A DNA stretch of 64,000 bases. It comes from an uncultured Eubacteriales bacterium. GTDB taxonomy: Bacteria; Bacillota; Clostridia; Lachnospirales; Lachnospiraceae. The position numbers and the translations under genes are program-made. How positions within the stretch are numbered: the stretch's first letter is position 1; each line of letters starts with the position of its first letter. Shown here piece after piece: positions 46,712 to 56,000 of this stretch. The stretch covers positions 6,633 through 70,632 of the forward strand of contig ONLT01000115.1 in the NCBI GenBank assembly GCA_900318755.1, written 5' to 3'. The notes below the pieces were generated by a model. It did not search any database, was not told the origin of the DNA, and worked only from the letters and a program-made list of their open reading frames with translations.

Positions 46712-48142
46712 ATGGCAGACGAGAAAGACAGGATAACGACGCCGGAGAATGATCCGGATAACAGCACCGATGACGGTTCCCGGGAAAACAGGGGGCGGGC
46801 GTGCAGCATCTGCCACAGGCCGGAGAGCAAGACGGGGCCGCTGACCGCGCTGCCGGGCGGAATGCTTGTGTGCAGGGACTGTATGCAGCGGGCGTTCGAT
46901 ACCGTTCAGAACAATCTGAACAATACGGATATGAACACGCTGATGGAGAACATCACGAAGGGGATCGGCTCGATCGATCTTTCCCAGTTCGGGATCGGCG
47001 GCAGACCGGCTCAGCAGAAGAAAGCGGAGAAAAAGGAAAAGCCGCAGAAAAAGATGACGATGGACGACGTTCTTCCGCCGCACAAAATCAAGGCGGCGCT
47101 CGATGAATATGTAATCGGGCAGGACCGGGCGAAGAAAATCATGTCGGTCGGCGTTTACAATCATTACAAGAGAATTCTCACGGAGCCGAAGGACGGCGTC
47201 GAGATCCGGAAATCGAACATGCTGATGATCGGTCCGACCGGATCAGGCAAGACGTATATGGTTCAGACGCTCGCGAAGCTGCTGAATGTGCCGCTGGCGA
47301 TGACGGACGCCACATCCCTCACGGAGGCCGGGTACATCGGCGACGATGTGGAGAGCGTCGTGTCGAAGCTGCTGGCCGCGGCGGACAATGATGTGGAGAA
47401 GGCGGAGCACGGCATTATTTTCATCGACGAGATCGACAAGCTCGCGAAAAAGAAGAATCTGAATCAGCGGGACGTCAGCGGAGAAGCGGTTCAGCAGGGA
47501 CTTTTGAAGCTGCTCGAGGGAAGCAGAATCGAGGTGCCGGTGGGCGCGTCCAGCAAAAATATGATGGTTCCGATGGAGACGGTCGACACGAGCAACATTC
47601 TGTTCATCTGCGGCGGCGCCTTTCCGGGACTTGAGGAGATCATCAGAAACCGGCTGAACCGGAGCGCGGGCATCGGATTTCAGGCGGATCTGCGGGACAA
47701 ATATGACGGCGATCCGGACATCCTCCAGAAGGTGACGGTGGAGGATCTTCGGAATTTCGGCATGATTCCCGAATTTCTCGGGCGCCTTCCGGTTCTGTTT
47801 TCGCTTCAGAAGCTGACGGAGGATATGCTCGTCGAAATTCTGAAGGAGCCGCGCAACGCAATTCTGAAGCAGTACGAGCGCCTGCTGGAGCTGGACGGCG
47901 TGAAGCTTGTCTTCGAGGATGACGCGCTGCATTCGATCGCGAAGATGGCGATGGAGCGGGAGACCGGCGCAAGGGCGCTCCGGGCGATTCTGGAGGAGTT
48001 CATGCTGGATATCATGTATGAAATCCCGAAGGATAAAAACATCGGCGAAGTTGTGATTACGAAGAATTACATCGAACACAGAGGAGGTCCGGGGATCATC
48101 CTGAGATCGCAGCTGCCCGCGCAGAGGGAGGGAACAGTATGA
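46712..48142 (+). CDS. clpX: ClpX ATP-binding subunit (divergent loops)
   Basis: C4 zinc finger, GPTGSGKT, LTEAGYIG, IDEIDK, RDVSGE, IGF loop, GARALR. Confidence 0.93.
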   Translation: MADEKDRITTPENDPDNSTDDGSRENRGRACSICHRPESKTGPLTALPGGMLVCRDCMQRAFDTVQNNLNNTDMNTLMENITKGIGSIDLSQFGIGGRPAQQKKAEKKEKPQKKMTMDDVLPPHKIKAALDEYVIGQDRAKKIMSVGVYNHYKRILTEPKDGVEIRKSNMLMIGPTGSGKTYMVQTLAKLLNVPLAMTDATSLTEAGYIGDDVESVVSKLLAAADNDVEKAEHGIIFIDEIDKLAKKKNLNQRDVSGEAVQQGLLKLLEGSRIEVPVGASSKNMMVPMETVDTSNILFICGGAFPGLEEIIRNRLNRSAGIGFQADLRDKYDGDPDILQKVTVEDLRNFGMIPEFLGRLPVLFSLQKLTEDMLVEILKEPRNAILKQYERLLELDGVKLVFEDDALHSIAKMAMERETGARALRAILEEFMLDIMYEIPKDKNIGEVVITKNYIEHRGGPGIILRSQLPAQREGTV

Positions 48143-48612
48143 TTTTTGTGCTGATCGCGGTTCTCATCTTTCTCATCGACCTGATGGCGAAAAAATACGT
48201 CGAGTCGAATGTCGGCGACGATGAAGAAAAGGAAATCCCGGGCTGCCGCATCAAGGTCCGGAAGGTCCACAACAACGGTCTCGCGATGGGAATGCTGAAA
48301 AAATGGCCGAAACTTGCGGAGCGGCTGACATTCGCCGCGCTGGTGGCGACGGCGGTGAGGGCTCTGGCAGGGAAGAAGGGCGCGGCGGCGAAGACCGGCT
48401 ACGCGATCCTGATGGGCGGGGCGCTGTCGAACTGGTACGACCGGTTCCATCAGGGATATGTGACCGATTATCTTCACGTTCCGACGAAGATCCGGCCTCT
48501 TCAGAAAGTTTTCTTCAATCTGGGGGACGCGGCGATCCTGATCGGCGGTCTTCTGACACTGATCCCGAAAAGGGAAAAAACAGAAATGGACGGTGATACC
48601 GATGCAGAATAA
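48139..48612 (+). CDS. lspA: Lipoprotein signal peptidase II
   Basis: HNNGLAMG, GGALSNWYDR, YVTD, FNLGD. Confidence 0.85.
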   Translation: MIFVLIAVLIFLIDLMAKKYVESNVGDDEEKEIPGCRIKVRKVHNNGLAMGMLKKWPKLAERLTFAALVATAVRALAGKKGAAAKTGYAILMGGALSNWYDRFHQGYVTDYLHVPTKIRPLQKVFFNLGDAAILIGGLLTLIPKREKTEMDGDTDAE

Positions 48613-49738
48613 AGGAAAAAAGATCGGCGTTTCAGCCGCGCTTGCGGCGCTGCTGGCGCTGGCACTGGCGGGCTGTGCGTTCGGTCCGAAGAGCAGCAAA
48701 GATTCCGGAGGCATGAGCGCCGGCGGGACGTCGGTTCAGAGTCCGGCGGATCAGTCCGTGTCTGCGGTTTCGGGTTCGTCCGCGGCCGGGAGCACTTCGA
48801 CATCGGCGTCGGAGGCGGTTTCTTCCGCCAGCGGGAATGGTTCGGACGTGCTTGTTCCGGAACCGGTGAGTGCATCTTCGGCGGACAGCGGGAGCGCGGT
48901 CTACCGGACCAATACGGAAGTCCGCGTGCGGACGGCGCCGTCGACGGACAGCGAAATCTACAAGAGTCTGCCGGCGAATACCGTGGTTGAGGTTGCCGGA
49001 GAGGAAGACGGATGGTATCAGATCCGGATCGACGGAGGAATTTATTACATCCGTGAGGATCTGATCACGAAAACGGACGGGTCGCCGCAGACGGCGGCCG
49101 CGTCCGGAAACGGAAAGACGGTCGTCATCGATCCGGGCCATCAGGCGCAGGCGGATCAGAGCAAGGAACCGGTGGGGCCGGGATCCTCGCAGATGAAGGC
49201 GAAGGTGACCGGCGGAGCCACAGGAAAGACGACCGGTCTGAAGGAGTACGAGCTGAACCTTCAGATCAGTCTCAAGCTCCAGTCAATCCTGACGGAGCGC
49301 GGGTACAATGTCGTGATGACACGGACATCAAACGATGTGAATCTCAGCAATTCAGAACGGGCCGGGATCGCGAATGACGCGAACGCGGCCGCTTTTATCC
49401 GCGTCCACGCCAACGGATCGGAAAATTCCGGCGTGAGCGGCGCCATGACGATCTGTCAGACGTCCGCCAATCCCTACAACGGCGAGCTTTATTCCGATAG
49501 TCACGCGCTCGCGTCGGACGTGCTCGACGGCATCGCGGCCTCCGCGCAGTGCACGAAGCAGTCGGTCTGGGAGACGGACACGATGAGCGGAATTAACTGG
49601 TGCAAGGTGCCGGCGACGATTGTGGAAGTCGGTTATCTCTCAAACGCGGAGGAAGAGCAGAAACTCGCGACGGACGATTATCAGCAGAAAATTGCGGAGG
49701 GAATCGCAAACGGCGTCGATCAGTTCCTCTCGGCATGA
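48602..49738 (+). CDS. Lipoprotein N-acetylmuramoyl-L-alanine amidase (SH3b + Amidase_3)
   Basis: Lipobox LAGC; VRVRTAPST; IDPGH, E..LNL, VHAN, VEVGYLSN. Confidence 0.92.
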   Translation: MQNKGKKIGVSAALAALLALALAGCAFGPKSSKDSGGMSAGGTSVQSPADQSVSAVSGSSAAGSTSTSASEAVSSASGNGSDVLVPEPVSASSADSGSAVYRTNTEVRVRTAPSTDSEIYKSLPANTVVEVAGEEDGWYQIRIDGGIYYIREDLITKTDGSPQTAAASGNGKTVVIDPGHQAQADQSKEPVGPGSSQMKAKVTGGATGKTTGLKEYELNLQISLKLQSILTERGYNVVMTRTSNDVNLSNSERAGIANDANAAAFIRVHANGSENSGVSGAMTICQTSANPYNGELYSDSHALASDVLDGIAASAQCTKQSVWETDTMSGINWCKVPATIVEVGYLSNAEEEQKLATDDYQQKIAEGIANGVDQFLSA

Positions 49739-49770
49739 GGGCGCAAGGAAACAGAGCGAAAGGGAGCGGG

Positions 49771-49840
49771 AAATAAAAACGGCTGCCGGGTCTTTTCATC
49801 ACACAGGTGATTGTTCAGGCCGGCAGCCGGATTTTTATTT
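49771..49840. terminator. Bidirectional hairpin between convergent amidase and mscL
   Basis: AAATAAAAA-CGGCTGCCGG...CCGGCAGCCG-GATTTTTATTT. Confidence 0.6.
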
Positions 49841-50269
49841 ACGCGTTTTTGCATCGTCCTCGAGAACGGATGTGCAGTGCGGGCATCTGGTGGCGGCGAT
49901 GTCGATCTCGGACTTGCAGTACGGGCAGATCTTTGTGGTGGGAGCCGCCTCTTCCTTCGGACCGGCCGCCAGATCGTGCAGGCGGTTGATGGCTTTTACC
50001 ATGAGGAAAATGACGAACGCGACGATGATAAAGTTGATCACGGCCGCAAGGAACGATCCGAGCTTTACCATGCCGCCTCCGGCGAGCCGGATGCCCCAGT
50101 CGTTGAAGTCCATTCCGCCGGTGAACAGCGAGATGACCGGCATCAGGACGTCGTCGACGAGAGAGGATACGATTGCCGTGAAGGCGGAACCGATGATCAT
50201 GCCGACGGCAAGGTCCATCACGTTGCCGCGAGAGATAAATGTCTTAAATTCTTCCAGAAATTTTTTCAA
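49835..50269 (-). CDS. mscL: Large-conductance mechanosensitive channel with C-terminal zinc ribbon
   Basis: EFK.FISRGNVMDLAVGMIIGSAF; tail CPYC...CPHC; GGAGG RBS + TTG. Confidence 0.95.
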   Translation of the reverse strand: MKKFLEEFKTFISRGNVMDLAVGMIIGSAFTAIVSSLVDDVLMPVISLFTGGMDFNDWGIRLAGGGMVKLGSFLAAVINFIIVAFVIFLMVKAINRLHDLAAGPKEEAAPTTKICPYCKSEIDIAATRCPHCTSVLEDDAKTRK

Positions 50270-50457
50270 TGTTTTTTACCTCCGGTGTTTCATGAAGCGT
50301 AATCGCTTTTTTCTATCATAAACAATTTTAAACGGTAAAACAATTCTTTTTTTAGAGACACCGCGCTCTCCGGCGCGACATCTCATCGATGATCGCGTCG
50401 ATCGCGAGGCTGTTTATTATACCAGATCGATCCGGCCTCCGTGTAAAGTGCCGGTAA

Positions 50458-50486
50458 TTGCTTTTCCACATCGGATCTCTTATAAT
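50458..50486 (+). promoter_or_regulatory. Sigma-A promoter of thyA operon
   Basis: TTGCTT-17bp-TATAAT. Confidence 0.65.
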
Positions 50487-50553
50487 AACTTCAATCAGCA
50501 GGCGCCATTATAGCGCGGCGGTACAAAACGGGATACGGGAGAAAAAATTAATT

Positions 50554-51402
50554 ATGAGTTACGCAGATCACGTATTTATCAATATGTGCAGAGAGATCAT
50601 CGACAACGGATGCGACACGAAGGGCGAAAAGGTCCGTCCTCACTGGGACGACGGGACGCCCGCGTATACCATCAAGAAATTCGGCGTTGTGAACCGGTAT
50701 GACCTCTCGAAGGAATTCCCGGCGATCACCCTCCGGAAAACGGCGCTGAAAAGCTGCATGGACGAGGTTCTCTGGATTTGGCAGAAGAAGTCGAACAATG
50801 TGCACGACCTGCACAGCCACATCTGGGACGCCTGGGCGGACGAGACCGGATCCATCGGCAAGGCGTACGGATATCAGCTCGGCGTAAAGCATCATTATAA
50901 AGAGGGGGACATGGACCAGGTGGACCGGGTGCTCTACGATTTGAAGCACAATCCTTACAGCCGGCGGATCATGACGAATATGTACGTGCATCAGGATCTG
51001 CACGAGATGGCGCTGTATCCCTGCGCGTATTCAATGACGTTCAATGTGACGAAGAAGAAGGGCTGTGATAAACTGATCCTGAACGCGGTGCTGAACCAGC
51101 GCTCTCAGGATGTGCTGACCGCGAACAACTGGAACGTCTGTCAGTACGCGATCCTTCTGATGATGTTTGCGCAGGTGAACGATATGATTCCGGGCGAGCT
51201 TGTCCATATGATCGCGGATGCGCACATCTATGACCGGCACGTTCCGCTTGTGGAGGAGCTGATCGCGCGTGAGACGCACGACGCGCCGAAGGTGCGCCTG
51301 AATCCGGAAATCCGGAATTTTTATGACTTTACGACGGACGATCTGATCGTCGAAGGCTACGTGACGGGACCGCAGATCCGGAATATTCCGGTCGCGGTGT
51401 GA
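50554..51402 (+). CDS. thyA: Thymidylate synthase
   Basis: IGKAYGYQ, PYSRR, LYPC, QRSQD, DAHIYDRH. Confidence 0.97.
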   Translation: MSYADHVFINMCREIIDNGCDTKGEKVRPHWDDGTPAYTIKKFGVVNRYDLSKEFPAITLRKTALKSCMDEVLWIWQKKSNNVHDLHSHIWDAWADETGSIGKAYGYQLGVKHHYKEGDMDQVDRVLYDLKHNPYSRRIMTNMYVHQDLHEMALYPCAYSMTFNVTKKKGCDKLILNAVLNQRSQDVLTANNWNVCQYAILLMMFAQVNDMIPGELVHMIADAHIYDRHVPLVEELIARETHDAPKVRLNPEIRNFYDFTTDDLIVEGYVTGPQIRNIPVAV

Positions 51403-51425
51403 AGGAGAAAGAGGGACGGAAAGAG

Positions 51426-51914
51426 ATGAAAGCGATATTGGCCGCGGACAGGAACTGGGCGATCGGCAATAAGGGAAAGCTTCTGGTGAGTATCCCTGCG
51501 GACATGCGTTTTTTCCGGGAGACGACATCGGGAAATGTCGTGATCATGGGCAGAAAGACGCTTGAGAGCATGCCGATGGGAAGACCGCTGAAAAACCGGA
51601 CGAACATCATTCTTACGAGAAACAGGGATCTGACGGTGCCAGGTGCCAGGGTGGCTCATGACACGGATGAGCTTTCGAAGATTCTGGAGGACTGCCGCGA
51701 TAAAGAATGCTTTGTCATCGGCGGAGAGCAGATTTACCGGCTGCTTCTGCCCTGGTGCGATACGGTTTACGTGACGAAAATCGACTACGCCTACGAGGCG
51801 GATACCTATTTTCCCGATCTGGACCGCGATCCGCAGTGGGAACTGGCGGAGGAGAGCGCTGAGCAGACGTATTTCGAACTGACTTATACATTCCGGACGT
51901 ACCGGCGCATCTGA
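51426..51914 (+). CDS. folA: Dihydrofolate reductase
   Basis: IGNKGKL..SIPADM.FF, IMGRKTLES, PLKNR, IGGEQIY, ADTYFP. Confidence 0.96.
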   Translation: MKAILAADRNWAIGNKGKLLVSIPADMRFFRETTSGNVVIMGRKTLESMPMGRPLKNRTNIILTRNRDLTVPGARVAHDTDELSKILEDCRDKECFVIGGEQIYRLLLPWCDTVYVTKIDYAYEADTYFPDLDRDPQWELAEESAEQTYFELTYTFRTYRRI

Positions 51915-51943
51915 CGGGGCGATCCGGGGAGAGAAGGGATTTC

Positions 51944-53014
51944 ATGCACGAAAGAAGAATTACAAAAACCGTAAGAATCGGTGACCGGGTGATCGGAGGC
52001 GGAAATCCGGTCCTGATTCAGTCGATGACCAATACGAAAACGGAAGACGCGGAGGCGACCGCAGAGCAGATCAACGAGCTGGAGAACGCGGGCTGCGATA
52101 TCATCCGGTGCGCGGTTCCGACCATGGAGGCCGCGAAATCATTGAAGGCGATTAAGGAGCGGATTCACATTCCGCTCGTCGCGGACATCCATTTTGACTA
52201 TCGCCTCGCGATCGCGGCGATGGAAAACGGGGCGGACAAAATCCGCATCAACCCGGGCAATATCGGATCGGAGGACCGTGTGCGCGCGGTCGTTCGCGAG
52301 GCGAAGGACCGGAACATCCCGATCCGCGTCGGCGTCAACAGCGGTTCCCTTGAGAAGAGTCTGCTGGAGAAATACGGCGGCGTCACGGCGGAGGCGCTGG
52401 TTGAGAGCGCGCTGCGCGAGGCCGCGGTGATCGAGGATATGGGGTACGACAACCTCGTGATCAGCATCAAGTCATCGGACGTCCTGATGTGCGCGCGGGC
52501 CCATGAACTCATCGCGGACCGGACGGATCACCCGCTTCACGTCGGCATCACGGAGGCGGGGACGCTTTATTCCGGCAACATCAAGTCCGCGGTGGGACTC
52601 GGCATCATCCTCTACCAGGGGATCGGCGACACGATCCGCGTCTCGCTGACCGGCGCTCCCATCGAGGAGGTGCGCTCGGCGAAGCGGATTCTGAAGACGC
52701 TCGGCCTCCGGAAGGGCGGCGTCGAGGTCGTTTCCTGCCCGACGTGCGGCAGGACGAAGATTGATCTTGTCGGTCTGGCAAATCAGGTCGAGGCGATGGT
52801 CCAGTCGCTGCCGCTGGACGGTCTGAAGATCGCCGTCATGGGCTGCGTCGTGAACGGACCGGGCGAAGCGCGGGAGGCGGATTTCGGAATCGCGGGAGGC
52901 GACGGCGTCGGTCTGCTGCTCCGGAAGGGCGAGATTATCCGGAAAGTTCCGGAGGAGGAGCTGCTGTCCGCCCTCAGAGAAGAACTGGATCAGATGATGG
53001 ATTCTACACATTAA
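51944..53014 (+). CDS. ispG: HMBPP synthase
   Basis: IQSMTNT, ADIHFD, RINPGNIG, GIGDTIRVSL, SCPTCGR, VMGCVVNGPGEA. Confidence 0.97.
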   Translation: MHERRITKTVRIGDRVIGGGNPVLIQSMTNTKTEDAEATAEQINELENAGCDIIRCAVPTMEAAKSLKAIKERIHIPLVADIHFDYRLAIAAMENGADKIRINPGNIGSEDRVRAVVREAKDRNIPIRVGVNSGSLEKSLLEKYGGVTAEALVESALREAAVIEDMGYDNLVISIKSSDVLMCARAHELIADRTDHPLHVGITEAGTLYSGNIKSAVGLGIILYQGIGDTIRVSLTGAPIEEVRSAKRILKTLGLRKGGVEVVSCPTCGRTKIDLVGLANQVEAMVQSLPLDGLKIAVMGCVVNGPGEAREADFGIAGGDGVGLLLRKGEIIRKVPEEELLSALREELDQMMDSTH

Positions 53015-53021
53015 TGCGGAG

Positions 53022-56000
53022 ATGATGAATTCTATGGAAACGGATACACGGCTGTTTTCGGATGTCTTCCCGGGACTTGACCCGGGGAAGCGCCTGGAGG
53101 GGGTTCTTTCGGGAGTGCGGGTGGAGCGGGTCACGCTCAACCGCAGAAAGGATCATCTCCGCGTCTATATTTCCGGGGATACCTGTATCGAAAAACAGTA
53201 CATCTATGAGCTGGAGGATGCGATCAAGGATCAGCTCTTTCCGGACGTCCCGGTCACGGTGACGGTGATCGAGCATTTTCATCTGTCGAAGCTCTACACG
53301 CCGCAGACGCTGATGGATCTGTACCGGGACAGCATCGAGCTGGAGCTGTCCCGCCGGAGTCACATCCTGGCGTACCTGTTCCACACGGCGGTGCTTTCCT
53401 ATCCGTCCGATCGGGAAATGGTGATGGCGCTCGAGGATTCCGCGGTCGCCCGCGGGGAGGAAGAAACACTCTACCGGGCCGTAGAACAGATTATCAATGA
53501 GCGGTGCGGCATGCGCGTTTCGATCGGAATCAGCTATTATAAGGCGCAGCGCTCCGAACGGCTGAAAAAGAGCGAACATCTGATGCGCGCCGCGGCGGAA
53601 CACGTCATCGCACGCACGCCGCTGGGAAGAAGAGCGTCGGAGGAGCGCCCCGCGGAGCCGGCGGCTTTGGGAACGGAGACCTCAGGGAACGATTCTCCGG
53701 CGGCGAAGGGTGAAAAAACCGGGGAGAAGGCTTCCGGAAAGAAGAGCGCGGACAAAGCGGGATCCTTCCGGTCCGGAAGCGGAAAATCCTCCATCGGGCA
53801 GAAGAGGGGGAGAAGCCTCGTGCAGACAGATCCGGGCGATCCGGATCAGCTGTACGGACGGAACATTGAGGGCGACAGCATGCCGATCGCGGATCTGGAT
53901 GAGTTTTCCGGGACGGTCATCATCCGCGGACAGATTATCGCCGAAGAGAGCCGACCGCTCCGAAACGGAAGAGGACTCGTCATCCTGACGGTCACGGACG
54001 ATACGGATACCATCCGCGTCAAATGCTTCGTTTCGCAGGAAGAGATTCCGGAGATGGAGTCGAAGCTGAGAAAGGGCACCTTCATCCGTGTGCAGGGGAA
54101 GGCGGTCGTCGATTCCTTCGAGCATGAACTTGCGGTTCTGTCGGTCACCGGTATCCGCAAATCCGCGGATTTCCGCCGGAAGCGCTTTGACAATTACCCG
54201 GAGAAGCGCGTGGAGCTGCACTGTCACACGAAGATGAGTGATATGGACGGGATCACGGACGCGGGTGTTCTCGTAAAACGTGCGTATGAGTGGGGCCACC
54301 CCGCTATCGCCATCACGGATCACGGCGTCGTCCAGGCGTTCCCGGACGCAAACCACGCGATGGAGGAGATCGACGGCGCGTACCGGAAGCAGTACGAAAA
54401 GGATCATCCGGAGGCGTCGAAGGAGGAACTGAAGAAGGTCTCGGCTCCGTTCAAGGTGATCTACGGGATGGAAGCCTACCTCGTCGACGATATGAAGGGC
54501 ATCGCCCGGAACAGCAGGGGGCAGAAGCTGTCCGACACATTTGTGGTATTCGACCTTGAGACGACGGGGCTGTCGAATCAGACCTGCAGGATCATCGAGA
54601 TCGGTGCGGTAAAAGTGGAGGGCGGCAAGATCACGGATCGGTTCTCGACGTTCGTTAATCCGGGAATCCCGATTCCGATGCGGATCGAACAGCTTACGAG
54701 CATCACGGACGCAGACGTCGAGGACGCGCCGGATATCGGAACCGTTCTTCCGCAGTTTCTGGAGTTCTGCGGCGACGCTGTGATGGTCGCCCACAACGCG
54801 GATTTTGATATCGGTTTTATCCTCCGCGAGTGTGAGCGCCGGCAGATCAAAAAGGAATTTACGGTCGTCGATACGGTGGCGATGGCCCGGGTGCTGCTGC
54901 CCGGTCTTTCCACGTTTAAGCTGGATAAGGTGGCGAAGGCGGCCGGCGTTCCGCTCGGACACCATCACCGCGCGGTTGACGACGCGGCGTGTACGGCCGA
55001 TATTTTCGTGAAATTTACGGAGATGCTGGCGGAGCGGGACATCTTTGACCTGGACGCGCTCAATGAATTCGGCGCGATGGATGAGGGGGCGAAGCGGAAA
55101 CTCCCGAGCCATCACGCGATCATTCTGGCGACGGGCGAGACCGGCCGCGTCAATCTTTACCGGCTGGTGTCGGAGTCCCATCTCCATTATGTCTACAAGA
55201 TGCGGGCGCGGCTGCCAAAGAGCGTCGTGATGAAGCACAGGGAGGGACTGCTGCTGGGCAGCGCCTGCGTGCAGGGCGAACTGTTTGACGCGCTGCTGCG
55301 CGGCGCGGACGACCGGGAGATCGCCCGGATCGTCAATTTCTATGACTATCTGGAGATTCAGCCGATCGGGAATAACGCGTTCCTGATCGATGACGAGAAG
55401 CAGGATTCGGTGAAGAATGAGGAGGATCTGCGGGATCTGAACCGCCGCATCGTGAAGCTGGGGGAGCAGTTCGGCAAGAAGGTCGTCGCGACGTGCGACG
55501 TGCATTTCATCGATCCGGAGGATGAGATCTATCGGAGAATCATCATGTCCGGAAAGAAATTCCGCGGCGCGGATGATCAGGCGCCGCTCTACCTGCACAC
55601 GACAGAAGAGATGCTGAAGGAATTTTCCTACCTCGGCAGTGACAAGGCACACGAGGTCGTCATCGACAGCCCGCAGGCGATCGCGGACCAGATTGACAAG
55701 ATCTCGCCGATCCGCGCCGGCAAGTTTCCGCCGGTCATCAAAGATTCGGACAAGACCCTTCGCGAGATCTGCTACCGCAGGGCGCATGAGATTTACGGAG
55801 AGAATCTTCCGGAAATCGTCAGCGCGCGGCTGGAGCGCGAGCTGACCTCGATTATCTCCAACGGGTACGCGGTCATGTATATCATCGCCCAGAAGCTCGT
55901 GTGGAAATCGAATGAGGACGGCTATCTCGTCGGATCCAGAGGATCGGTCGGCTCGTCGTTTGTCGCGACGATGGCCGGCATCACGGAGGTGAACCCACTT

